A stretch of 64,000 nt of DNA from Candidatus Kaiserbacteria bacterium (GTDB lineage: Bacteria; Patescibacteriota; Minisyncoccia; Phycocordibacterales; Phycocordibacteraceae), in assembly GCA_963699165.1 (NCBI GenBank), contig OY969413.1, positions 788,562 to 852,561 on the forward strand, given 5' to 3'. A model generated the notes under the pieces. That model did not search any database. It had not been told where the DNA came from and saw only the letters and a list, made by a program, of their open reading frames with translations. Made by a program: the position numbers and the translations under genes. Below, in pieces: positions 19,586 to 29,400 of the stretch (the first letter of the stretch is position 1; every line of letters begins with the position of its first letter).

Positions 19586-20049
19586 AGTAATCCCCCTTAT
19601 CCACAGTGTATTTCCCTTGTATTCCCCCTACGGAGGCGTAAAGTTAAAAGCGTGTAACCCTAACAAAGGGGCGCAGGTGAAATCCCTCCGTTTAACTGGC
19701 ACGAACCAAGAATGGAAAAAGTTGTCTGAAAAGACCCATCAACGCAGTCCTGAAAAGGACAGGGTTTAATTCCCCCGCCGGTCGTTGGGCGGAAGTGGCG
19801 AAAGCACACTGATTTTTAGGTAGGTTCTCGGAGCCTAGTAAAACAAATCCTGCGTAATCCCCTAAAAGTCTGCAAGAGCAAGGGTAACGCCTTCGTTTCG
19901 CAAACGAAAAGTGCCGAAGGGGCGCGGGCGACATAGTCTCAATCCCTTGAAATTAAAGGGGGAGAAAAGCTGAGGCTTTTTTCTGCATGAAGTAAAGACC
20001 TCGGCAACGAGCGGTTTCGTCATGCATATTATGTATCTAAGAAAAAATA

Positions 20050-21390
20050 ATGAAAACAAAAACAGGCCCCGAGGGCCTGCGGATTGAGCATGTCTCAACC
20101 GCCGCCCTCAAACCCGCCGAATATAATCCCCGCACGTGGGACAAGGAAGCCGAGCAGCAGTTAAAGGAAAGTATTACCAAGTTTGGCATCGTCGATCCGA
20201 TTCTCGCTAACAGCGCACCGGAGCGCAGGGATGTCGTCATCGGCGGGCACTTCCGGCTCTCGGTCATCAAGGAGCTGGGCATCGAGACGGTGCCGGTGGT
20301 ATATCTCAACATCCCCGACATCGAGCGCGAAAAGGAACTTAACTTGCGGCTCAACAAAAACACTGGCGCGTGGGACGAAGCGCTGCTCGCAGAGTTCGAC
20401 GAGGCATTCCTCTCCACCGTCGGGTTCACCAGCGAGGAGATAGACGACATTTTCGCCATCGAAGAAACGCCGGAGCAATTCGACTTGGAGAAGGAACTCG
20501 CCAAGCTCGATATCAAAAACATCAATGTAAAGAAAGGCGACATCTACGACCTCAACGGCTCGCGCCTCATGTGCGGCGACAGTACTGTTGAGGAGGACAC
20601 GCTCAAACTCATGGATGGTGCAAAAGCTGACATGTGCTTCACCGACCCGCCGTATATCCTCGACTATCTCAAGGGCAAGACGAAGCAGAAGGATGGAGTG
20701 ACACGCGGATTCGGGGCGAAGAAAAATCGCGTGTACCTCGGTACCGAAACACTGCCGGAGAATTTCTCCGATCTTTGGATGGCAAATGTCGCTCTCGTAC
20801 AGAAGCCAGACTTCTCGATCATCATCTTCGAACATCCAAAGAACCTCCGCACCATATGGAACGCGATGGAGAAGCACTGGCGGTACCGCAACACCATCAC
20901 CTGGCATGTGCCCAATCGGGTGCAGGGCTTCTCTGCCAAGTACAAATTCTTCAACAAGCAGGATATCGCGCTAGTTGGTACGGGTGGCAATGTCGCGTTG
21001 GACATGGAACCCGAATCGGACACATTGCTCCAAACAGAATACGAGAACGCACTCTATGCCACTTCCGGCAAACCGCACTGGGAAGGATACGAGAAAGGCA
21101 AGAAATATCAACCCACCGACTTCATCGATCATATCGCAGCTGACCAAAAAAGTAGCGGCCAAGGCATCATATTCGGCACCAAACCTCTAGAATTGCTAAT
21201 CCCATACATCAAAGTGCTCACGAAGCGCGGAGACCTCATCTTGGAGCCGTTTGGAGGCTCTGGGAGCACTCTCATAGCCTCGGTAAAGATGCAGCGCCGC
21301 TGTTACCTCATGGAGAAGTCGCCTGTGTACGCCGAGGTCATCCTCAATCGCTGGTCAAGACTTACCGGTCTTACTCCAAAAAAGATATGA
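20050..21390 (+). CDS. ParB-like nuclease domain fused to an N6-adenine/N4-cytosine DNA methyltransferase (phage-type orphan methyltransferase)
   Basis: N-terminal ParB/Srx motif (LKPAEYNPRTWD), catalytic DPPY (FTDPPY) and C-terminal AdoMet motif FGGSGST, i.e. beta-class order. Confidence 0.8.
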   Translation: MKTKTGPEGLRIEHVSTAALKPAEYNPRTWDKEAEQQLKESITKFGIVDPILANSAPERRDVVIGGHFRLSVIKELGIETVPVVYLNIPDIEREKELNLRLNKNTGAWDEALLAEFDEAFLSTVGFTSEEIDDIFAIEETPEQFDLEKELAKLDIKNINVKKGDIYDLNGSRLMCGDSTVEEDTLKLMDGAKADMCFTDPPYILDYLKGKTKQKDGVTRGFGAKKNRVYLGTETLPENFSDLWMANVALVQKPDFSIIIFEHPKNLRTIWNAMEKHWRYRNTITWHVPNRVQGFSAKYKFFNKQDIALVGTGGNVALDMEPESDTLLQTEYENALYATSGKPHWEGYEKGKKYQPTDFIDHIAADQKSSGQGIIFGTKPLELLIPYIKVLTKRGDLILEPFGGSGSTLIASVKMQRRCYLMEKSPVYAEVILNRWSRLTGLTPKKI

Positions 21391-21860
21391 CCGAGACTAC
21401 CGAACCCTTCTCCATAGAGGAGAGGCAGGCGCATGACAAGCAGAAAGTGCTCGACGCGCTCAAGGAAATGCCAATAGTACAGATTGCGTGCAAGAAAGCG
21501 GGCATAAGCCGACCGACGTATTACCGCTGGCGGCAGGAGGACAAGATATTCAGACGGCAGGCCGTCGACGCGATGAACCACGGGGTCGAGTTCATCAACG
21601 ATATGAGCGAGTCGCAGATTATCTCTCTCATTAAAGACAAGAAACTGCAGGCCATGGCACTGTGGCTGAAGCACAACCATCCGAAGTACGGCGCCAAAGT
21701 CAAAGAATACACGCCCCTCAGCGCGGACGACGATCTGACCGAAGATGAGCAGAAAATTGTCATGGAGGCACTGTCGCTTATCGCGCAGGGAACACATAAT
21801 GTAAAACCATATGAACGAAACCGAACGCCTATCGACGCTGATAAATACGGCAAGAAATAA
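21387..21860 (+). CDS. phage terminase small subunit-like HTH protein
   Basis: HTH ACKKAGISRPTYYRWRQ. Its stop overlaps the large terminase start. Confidence 0.45.
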   Translation: MTETTEPFSIEERQAHDKQKVLDALKEMPIVQIACKKAGISRPTYYRWRQEDKIFRRQAVDAMNHGVEFINDMSESQIISLIKDKKLQAMALWLKHNHPKYGAKVKEYTPLSADDDLTEDEQKIVMEALSLIAQGTHNVKPYERNRTPIDADKYGKK

Positions 21861-22980
21861 CCCGAAGGTACGCCGGAGGCTCGGGCACGAGGACCCCCTC
21901 TACTTCGCCCTACTCTACCTCACGCATCACTTCAAGCATCCGCTGGCGCCCATGCACCTCGAGATGTTCGACATCGTGAAGCGTGGGGAGATAAACCTCG
22001 CGGCAGTCATGGCATTCCGTGAGTCGGGCAAGTCGACCATACTCAATACCGTGTGCGCGCTCTGGTCGATACTCTGCAAGCCGGAGCGCAAATTCGTGGT
22101 CATCGTGAGCAAGACGCAGGAGCAGGCGAAGAATCATTTCACCAACATCAAAGCGGAGCTTGAGCGCAATCCGTGGCTCAAGGAGGACTTCGGACCCTTC
22201 ACGGAGCGGCCGGAGGAGTGGAGCAAGCAATCGCTCGAGCTCGAGTACCACGGCGCGAAAATCCTCTCTGTCACCGCTCGCCAGAGTCTACGCGGGATGA
22301 AGCATCTCTCACACCGCCCCGACCTCATCATTATCGACGACGTGGAGGATGCTACATCAGTTAGGGACGATCGCTCGCGCGGCGACGACCTGTACCAATG
22401 GTATTTGGAAGAAGTCGTGCCGGCGGGGACCGACAAAACGCGCATCATAGTCCTCGGGAACCTGCTCTCAATGGTATTCGATGAGAAAAAGCCGGACTTT
22501 CTCGTCATGCGACTCCGGAGGGAGATACTCAGCCGCCGGCAGGTGGGTCTGTTCCGCGCCTACCCTCTCATCGACAATAACGGCGAGTGCCTCTGGCCAG
22601 GCAAGTACCCGACACGAGAATCCCTCAAAGTGCTGCGAGAGAAGGTAGGCCGAGGCCTCTGGCAGCGGGAGTACCTCCTCAAGGTATGGGGGCAGGAAGA
22701 TACTGCTTTAGTGGCCCCGCTGTTTTATGGAAGCGAACACGGCCGCTGGTCTATGGGGGCACACTTCATCACCATGTTCAATAAGGATGGATATACCGTG
22801 TATGACGGGGAGAATGGCGTTATGCTGCAACAGCCGCTCATCGCGCAGATGGCCAAATATGAAATTACGGCTCCGAGTATTCGAACCATGCTCTTCTACC
22901 CGACCAAAGACGACCCGCGCTTAAAGAAATACCTTGAAGGACTGCTGCTGGAGTGCGACTACCGGCATAATAGCGAGTGA
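21811..22980 (+). CDS. phage terminase large subunit-like ATPase
   Basis: Walker A RESGKST and Walker B LIIIDDVED in the spacing of the terminase ATPase domain. Confidence 0.6.
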   Translation: MNETERLSTLINTARNNPKVRRRLGHEDPLYFALLYLTHHFKHPLAPMHLEMFDIVKRGEINLAAVMAFRESGKSTILNTVCALWSILCKPERKFVVIVSKTQEQAKNHFTNIKAELERNPWLKEDFGPFTERPEEWSKQSLELEYHGAKILSVTARQSLRGMKHLSHRPDLIIIDDVEDATSVRDDRSRGDDLYQWYLEEVVPAGTDKTRIIVLGNLLSMVFDEKKPDFLVMRLRREILSRRQVGLFRAYPLIDNNGECLWPGKYPTRESLKVLREKVGRGLWQREYLLKVWGQEDTALVAPLFYGSEHGRWSMGAHFITMFNKDGYTVYDGENGVMLQQPLIAQMAKYEITAPSIRTMLFYPTKDDPRLKKYLEGLLLECDYRHNSE

Positions 22981-22987
22981 GAGAGGT

Positions 22988-23116
22988 TTACGACTCCTGC
23001 CAAATTTCCAGAGCTTCTTCCAAGTCCACACCAATCTCATCAGCCACATCCTGCACCTCCTGCGCCTCATCAAGCGTGAGGTCGTTCTCTTTTGCTAGTT
23101 CAAAAAGCTCCTCATC
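22988..23116 (-). CDS. small acidic protein (about 43 aa), hypothetical
   Basis: MDEELFELAKENDLTLDEAQEVQDVADEIGVDLEEALEIWQES. It is paralogous to the small ORF at 26250-26399. Confidence 0.3.
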   Translation of the reverse strand, partial: DEELFELAKENDLTLDEAQEVQDVADEIGVDLEEALEIWQES

Positions 23117-23120
23117 CATA

Positions 23121-23342
23121 TCAATGTGAAAAAAGGAGTGCCCATCCGATAAGAAGTAAAAAACCGGCAAAGCCGGCAGCAGCAAGCACTACCACGCTGC
23201 TTATGGCAAACGAGAGCGGATCTTTACCAAGAACTACGCCAAGCACGAGCAAAAAACAAAACAAACCAATAAGAAGGATAAGCCATCCCATAACCAATAT
23301 AATAACTACGATTGATGTATAGAGCAACAAAAAACTCCCCAA
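23121..23342 (-). CDS. small integral membrane protein, hypothetical
   Basis: 73 aa with two TM helices. Confidence 0.35.
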   Translation of the reverse strand: MGSFLLLYTSIVVIILVMGWLILLIGLFCFLLVLGVVLGKDPLSFAISSVVVLAAAGFAGFLLLIGWALLFSH

Positions 23343-23676
23343 TGTGGGAAGTTCTTTGTGGGAGTAACAAACTACTTGAAGATAGGCAGGATTTCGTCGC
23401 CTGCTTCGCCCTCTGTTCGTTTTTCAGCCCTCAATTTTGCTCCAGTCTTGCCCGGCTGAACTCTTGGTAGACCCGTAAGCCAGTGGTCGCTTTTTACCGC
23501 TACCTTCGCCCCTCTGGGCGATCCACCGCACAATGGCGGATGACGGTCTTACTTCACGACCCCTGTTCCCGGCCGAGGCCGAAAAATACCAACTCTCGCT
23601 ACTCCGCGGACTATTTTATCACAAGTGCCCTCGTGAAGGGCGAACCTCCAACCTTGGCGATGTATAGTGTGTGTAG

Positions 23677-23747
23677 CAGGGTATGGTGAAGCGGTATCAT
23701 GCGTGGTTTGGAATCATGCGTCGTAGGTTCAACTCCTACTACCCTGA
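23677..23747 (+). tRNA. tRNA-Pro (anticodon TGG)
   Basis: Hand fold: acceptor CAGGGTA/TACCCTG (C1:G72, the Pro identity pair), D-arm GTGA...TCAT, anticodon stem CGTGG/TCATG with two G-U pairs, loop TTTGGAA, T-arm GTAGG-TTCAACT-CCTAC, discriminator A. Confidence 0.6.
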
Positions 23748-23819
23748 CAGATTATCTTGTGCCGAGCATTGGACGAAGTGAGAACCTCCGGATGGATATG
23801 CAGCCCAACAAATCTCTTG

Positions 23820-24116
23820 TTATGATGACCCCATGATTACCCAGCTCCTAATAAGCGGCGTAATAGGCCTAATTGGCTGGTTCGTTTTGATGTATTTGAG
23901 CACCAACCTGCTTGGGATGTTTGTAAGGGGTTTATTTACTAATCCCGAATTGGGGTACACGAAGCTCATAAAGAGTAAGTGGTATGCAAAAAGAGCCATG
24001 TGATATGACTCTGAATCAATGGCGGAAAGATATTGGGCCTTTAATCCCTCAAGATACTTCTGCTCCTCGCCACTCTCATATCGAAGCGAGAGGTATGAGG
24101 CAAGCAACGGTTCCAT
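23820..24116 (-). CDS. hypothetical protein (low GC)
   Basis: 98-aa ORF with AT-rich codon usage typical of the island. Confidence 0.3.
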   Translation of the reverse strand: MEPLLASYLSLRYESGEEQKYLEGLKAQYLSAIDSESYHMALFAYHLLFMSFVYPNSGLVNKPLTNIPSRLVLKYIKTNQPIRPITPLIRSWVIMGSS

Positions 24117-24119
24117 ATT

Positions 24120-24533
24120 TTATTCGCTCCACAGCTTTGCGATAGTGTCTTTGGTCTTTTGCTCGTAAATGTCAATCAGTTTTTTGGAAGATTCTACTAA
24201 GCTCCGCTCGGCCTCGATTTTTTCCACTATTTGCTCTTGGACGGCTAAAGGCGGGAGAGGGATTTCGATTTCATTCAAAACTCGTATCGGTAATTGGGGT
24301 TGCGCACTTCCAGACATAAAATTTGAAACCTGCACCTCAAACTCTAAAGAATTCAAAAACAACAACAAAAAGTTCGGAGAAATCTTATCTAAGTTACTCC
24401 TTAGAATAACCATACCGGAATTGATTCTTATATTTTCAAACGGAATATTTTTTAAATAGTATGCCGTGTTTCCTAATGTGCCCCGCGTTGTCAAAACTAC
24501 ATCTTCACGCTTTAGTTTACCCTTCCGTAGTCC
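24120..24533 (-). pseudogene. hsdS: type I restriction-modification specificity subunit (HsdS) C-terminal fragment, truncated by IS3 insertion
   Basis: HsdS half-TRD with conserved coiled-coil region (LPPLAVQEQIVEKIEAERSLVE). The N-terminal part is missing and the reading frame runs into the IS3 left end at 24534. Confidence 0.6.
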
Positions 24534-24595
24534 TGACCTGACCCCCAAATTTCAGACCATGTTCTAGACGGGATTAACCGCTAGAATGACGTCAT

Positions 24596-24853
24596 ATGAA
24601 GCAATACCGCATCGCTCCTGAGGTGAAGGAACAAATCATTAATCGAATCAAGAACGATGGTGTCACTGTCGCCCAAGCGGCCAAAGAGCATGGTATCCAC
24701 GAGACCACCATCTATGGCTGGCTTGGTGCGAAAGTGCAAGACGGTACCGCATCTGTTCTTGAGATTGCGAGACTTCGAAAAGAGAATGACGAACTCCTTC
24801 GTCTTGTTGGACTCATGACGCTCAAGCTGTCTGAAACCCAAAAAAAGAAGTGA
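24596..24853 (+). CDS. IS3-family transposase OrfA (HTH)
   Basis: 85 aa. HTH plus leucine-zipper typical of IS3 OrfA. It overlaps orfB by 4 nt. Confidence 0.8.
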   Translation: MKQYRIAPEVKEQIINRIKNDGVTVAQAAKEHGIHETTIYGWLGAKVQDGTASVLEIARLRKENDELLRLVGLMTLKLSETQKKK

Positions 24854-25662
24854 GCAAAGAATCTCCGATTGGTACGCGCACAACAGCGCGTACTCTTGGT
24901 ATAGCTCGTTCCACCTTCTGGTATCAAAAGAAGAAGCCTGACAAAGACTGGGCACTCAAATGCCGTATTGAAGAAGTCCTTCGAGAGTTTCCTTCGTATG
25001 GATACCGGAGAGTTGCCCTGTATCTCAAGGAGAACAAAAAGAAGGTTCAAAGAGTCATGCGACTCTTTGGTATCAAAGCATATCGAAGAAGAGGAAGACG
25101 GTGGAGGAAATCAAGGAAACAAGCCGTGGAGTATCCAAATCTCCTGATGCGGATTGTACCCGCCTATCCGCATCAAGCATGGGTCGCTGATTTCACTCAT
25201 GTGTATTTCAAAGGGAAAGACATTCGTGTGGCAACCACCATGGACGTATACACTCGAAGTGTCGTTGGGCTCGCCATTGGTACGCGAGGTGGAACCGTAC
25301 TTGTGACGCAGGCATTGTGCGCGGCACTTCTCAACCATCCTCGTCCCACCATCTTTCACAGCGACAACGGAGTGGAATACAATGCCGCATCCTTCCGAGA
25401 GATGCTCATCAATTTCGGCATCAGCATCTCTCGCTCAAAAAAGGGCTGTCCGTGGGAGAACGGGTACCAAGAATCGTTCTATGGAAAATTCAAAACTGAT
25501 CTGGGCGATCCCAATCGCTTCGATACGCTTGGTGAACTTGTTGCTGAAATCTATCAGACAATTCACCGGTACAACACCGTGCGTATACACTCAACACTCA
25601 AGATGGCACCGAGAGAGTTTGCGAAATCGCACATCACCCGTACACTATCTTCACTCGTCTAG
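24850..25662 (+). CDS. IS3-family transposase OrfB (rve DDE integrase core)
   Basis: DDE triad region HSDNGVEY...WENG, rve fold. 270 aa. Confidence 0.85.
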   Translation: MSKESPIGTRTTARTLGIARSTFWYQKKKPDKDWALKCRIEEVLREFPSYGYRRVALYLKENKKKVQRVMRLFGIKAYRRRGRRWRKSRKQAVEYPNLLMRIVPAYPHQAWVADFTHVYFKGKDIRVATTMDVYTRSVVGLAIGTRGGTVLVTQALCAALLNHPRPTIFHSDNGVEYNAASFREMLINFGISISRSKKGCPWENGYQESFYGKFKTDLGDPNRFDTLGELVAEIYQTIHRYNTVRIHSTLKMAPREFAKSHITRTLSSLV

Positions 25663-25718
25663 GAAGTGGTCTGAAGAATAGGGGTCGGTACAGAATCGCT
25701 ATAGAAACTCTGGGCACG

Positions 25719-26219
25719 TCACCTAACCGAGAGAGTGTCCTTGATTTTTTGAGCAAGCTCGCTTGAGTTGAAACTTCCGTGGTTTTCCAATCGCAAGAGA
25801 GGCAAACCTGCGTCCTGCAAAATGCGCTCCACTTCTCGATCCCTCTCTTGTCGATCGGGGCGCTCGTGGGTTTTATCGTCCAGCTCAATTGCTAGTTTGG
25901 GCGAGATGTATGCCTTATCGCACAACACGAAATCAACTGACTTACCGTTTATGTGCCGGAATGCGCCTCGCCAGTTTTGGCCAACAACCTTACTATCTAC
26001 CAGCGTGGGCAGGTGAACCTGAGCGAAAACGAGATACTCGTTCCCAACAGCGGCTACCAAAGCGTCATAGCACTCATGCTCTGCACGGGACAGGAAAAAG
26101 TCCTTCCGCTTGTATTGGTACTTCTTTTCCTCGACGTCCTCACTCGTGGGGATTCGTAGAACGAAAAGTACGATAGCGATAACGGCTACAACACCGGCAA
26201 AAATGAATAGTATTGTCAT
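25719..26219 (-). CDS. membrane-anchored DUF2726/NERD-like nuclease-related domain protein
   Basis: N-terminal TM, then VDFVLCDKAYISPKLAIELDDKTHE, which matches the DUF2726 signature. Confidence 0.45.
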   Translation of the reverse strand: MTILFIFAGVVAVIAIVLFVLRIPTSEDVEEKKYQYKRKDFFLSRAEHECYDALVAAVGNEYLVFAQVHLPTLVDSKVVGQNWRGAFRHINGKSVDFVLCDKAYISPKLAIELDDKTHERPDRQERDREVERILQDAGLPLLRLENHGSFNSSELAQKIKDTLSVR

Positions 26220-26249
26220 AGCGATGGGTCAAATATAGCACCACGCCAC

Positions 26250-26399
26250 TCATTGCAGATCCGCGGCATCGTCCATATCAACATCACCGTCGGCAACCAT
26301 CTGTTGCACCTCCGGATCGAGAGCTTCAAAATCCGCAATCTGGTCGGGCTCGATAACTCCATCCTTTACTAGCTCAAGTATTTCTTCCGGGTCCATAGA
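26250..26399 (-). CDS. small acidic protein (49 aa), unannotated in the ORF track
   Basis: Manual translation MDPEEILELVKDGVIEPDQIADFEALDPEVQQMVADGDVDMDDAADLQ. Resembles the 22988-23116 product. Confidence 0.3.
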   Translation of the reverse strand, partial: SMDPEEILELVKDGVIEPDQIADFEALDPEVQQMVADGDVDMDDAADLQ

Positions 26400-26412
26400 T
26401 AGATAGTCGACA

Positions 26413-29400
26413 TCAGTAGAAATTCACCCCGCTCTTTTTGAGCTCACTCTCACGCGTATTGGTCAGTGAGAATTCGATTTGCGCGATTTCCTTCTCGTTC
26501 AGGTCGAAGAGTTTATAAACGATCTCGTCAATTTCATGTTCGATTTGTGTGACTGCGCCCATGTCGCCTGCAGCAGCTGCTTTTGTCGCCCGATCGGCAA
26601 GATCCGTAAGGCGGCCTTTGTCGGCGGGGTTCGCTGTAGGAATCGGCACTTTGGCCATTCGATCTCCTCGAAATTGCACTCGGCCCGCACTCCAAGGGTC
26701 ACCCCATGACGGAAATGTTGATCGATAGAACCAATCCATAACAGTGCTATTTAATATTGCCAATACGTACAGAGCGTCGGGCGTAAGAATTATAAAACCC
26801 GTTTTATTTATCGCGTTTCCTTCAGTATCTAGATATGCATGAAGTCGCTTCGAGGTTTCATTGAACACTATTTTCGGCTCATTGAATGCGGCGATATAAG
26901 ACTTCGATGGATTGTTATCCAGCTCAAGCCAGTGATGCTGGCCTTCGCCACCCCCGCGCCTTGACGTTTTACATTGCCCGCGAGCTTTTAGTAGATCTTC
27001 GAACCTGTTTAGATGATTCAGGACAGCAGGATATTTAGCCAGTTCTGTATTGAAGCCAAATGGAACTATAATTACATAAAACTGATGATATTCGTGAGTC
27101 CATCGTTTAATGTCGCGTCCACGAATCCATGGCTTTATCAACTCGGCCGATTTTGAATCCTCGCAGACTAATTTTTGCCGAGTGTCGCCATCTATCACGA
27201 ACGCTTCATTCAAACCCGTCTTAATACCGTAATAAAATCTGTCTTTAACATAATCCTCAAGCGGAGTACCGACAGATTTTAACTTTTCAATTAGCTCAAG
27301 CCCGGAACTACCTTCCAACGACCAGCCCTCCTCTTTCAGTTGTGACGGCGAGTAAATACTTTTCTGTTTGGTGATAACCTGCCGGAGCCACGCAATATCA
27401 GATTCATTTTTTACCACCAACGCAGTAATTTCGTCCGCTTCTTGTGCCTTTGATTTCTCTACAACCACGATCATTGGATCTGTCGATGCCTCAAAGACCG
27501 GAAGTTCGCAAAAATCAATTAGGTCGTGGATTCGATACGAGGAAAGCAGCTGTCGCAAGTTGCGGCCATACCCGGCCCGCTGAAATTTATTTGAACTGAT
27601 GAAGGAAAGGACGCCGCCTGTACGCAAAAGATTCAAACCGCGTTCATAAAAGAGACAGTAAATGTCACCACGGGCCGCAAAGGTCTTGTAACTTTTTCTC
27701 CACTCCGCCTGTTTAACGGTTCGAGCAAATTTTTCAATAGAGATATAAGGCGGATTGGCAATAACGATATCGAAACCGCCTTTTCGCTCTACTGCGGGGA
27801 AGAAATATCTGGTATCGAAAAATCCGACCGGCTTGTTTGTAAATATATTCTCGTAGCTGCCCCAAAGATTATTTATCCTAAGTCGTTCTTCGTGCTCATC
27901 CTCATTTTTTTCTGCCAGTAACTTTCTATGTTTTTCGTCTTTAACGACACTAAACGAGCGCAAAATACTCTCCAACTCTTTTTTTGTTCTGTCAGTTATC
28001 AACTGCTGCAATTTCCTGCCAACCTCTAATTTATGCAACTGGTCTACTGGGGCAAAATATTCATCGATGAGTTCGCCCAGTTCTACTGCAAACGTGTCTC
28101 CAAATAGCGGTCCTTCGTGGACCGGTGGTTTTGTGAGTGTGTCGGCACAAACGAATTTAAAGTCGAGGTTGGGTAACGGGTCGATGCCTCTATTGGGAGC
28201 ACTGTCGTCAACGCGTTGATCGACAACAAGCGTGAGAAAGCAACGCAGTCGCGATATGTCGGTCGCTACTGGCTGAATGTCGACTCCGTGAATGCATTCT
28301 CGAATCACACCTAACTTTCGGACATAGGGAAGGTTGTGTTCTTGCAGCTGTCTGCGCACCTCTACTGGCAGTTTACTCAGGTAAATGGAGCAGTCAGGAT
28401 CAAGGATTCCAAGCATGCGCACCAAGTGTTGAAGCACTCCGATGGGAAATGCGCCAGAGCCGCATGCTGGATCTAAAACCGCTGTTCCGTGTATTGCTTC
28501 CACGATCGTCCTCCTTTCATTTTCAGGAATCGGGTACTGTAAATCGTCTTCAACGTCGTATGTCGAGAGAGCACGTATCTTTTCCTCGGAAAAGCCAGTT
28601 TTAGTCACCAAATGACTAACAATCGCTTCCTCTACCATGAAATCAACAATTTCGCGTGGCGTATAAAAACTTCCGGTTGCACTTCGTGCACTGTCACCAG
28701 TTTCGGGATTTACCTCGGCAAGAAGATTTTCAAATATTCTTCCCAGCATTTCAGGGTCGATGGAGAGCTCTGTATCTATCGAGGTATTCTCATCGATTGT
28801 GAAGTTATACTCCTCGAAAATCCCGAATAATCCCGCAAACCATTCATCGGGAACTACAACAGATCCACGTCGGTCGCTCATGCCCGTAGTACGGTTAAAT
28901 TTGTGATTGTCTTCTGCGTGGTCCTGAAACAGACCTCCATTTAGAAATGGCACCATCTCGAATAGGTCGGAATGCCTAAAAAAGGATGGCCTAGAGTTGT
29001 GCGGCTTATTCAGTACTTCAAAAAAAAGTGGCACACAAAGGGAGTGATAATAATCCCCGGTTCTCGTCACCGCATCGACTGAAAGTAAATCGGACGGAAT
29101 TAGCGGTATACCTTCATTGCTTTTCTTTTGCTTCAAAAACCAGCAAAAAACAAGACGACCAATAAGCCGTATTGCGAAGTTGGCATACACGTCATCGCTT
29201 TGCGCTCCCAGAGCAAGGGTTCTTTGAAATGATACTGCACGCCTTCCTTCGCCTCTTACACCCCCAACCAGCTTAGAGTATTGCTCCGCAATTCGCGTAT
29301 AAAATTCCTTGCTTACGACTTCAAGCGAGAAGCGACTCAAGAGGTCGTCGGTGTCTTTGACACGACCGTGTTTTACGAGTTGTTGTTCCGGGGTCTTCGT

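Larger units (their letters stand above)
24534..25692 (+). mobile_element. IS3-family insertion sequence, copy 1 (1159 bp)
   Basis: Identical to 45844-47002. Imperfect terminal IRs TGACCTGACCCC / GGGGTCGGTACA. Contains orfA plus orfB. Confidence 0.85.

Noticed and set aside
20161-20907. 248-aa minus-strand ORF inside the ParB-methyltransferase gene
   Set aside because: A shadow ORF. The plus-strand frame carries clear ParB and DPPY motifs.
23677-23747. Concern that the atcatgcgt direct repeat means this is not a tRNA
   Set aside because: A consistent cloverleaf with C1:G72 and a TGG anticodon can be drawn, so it is kept as a tRNA at moderate confidence.
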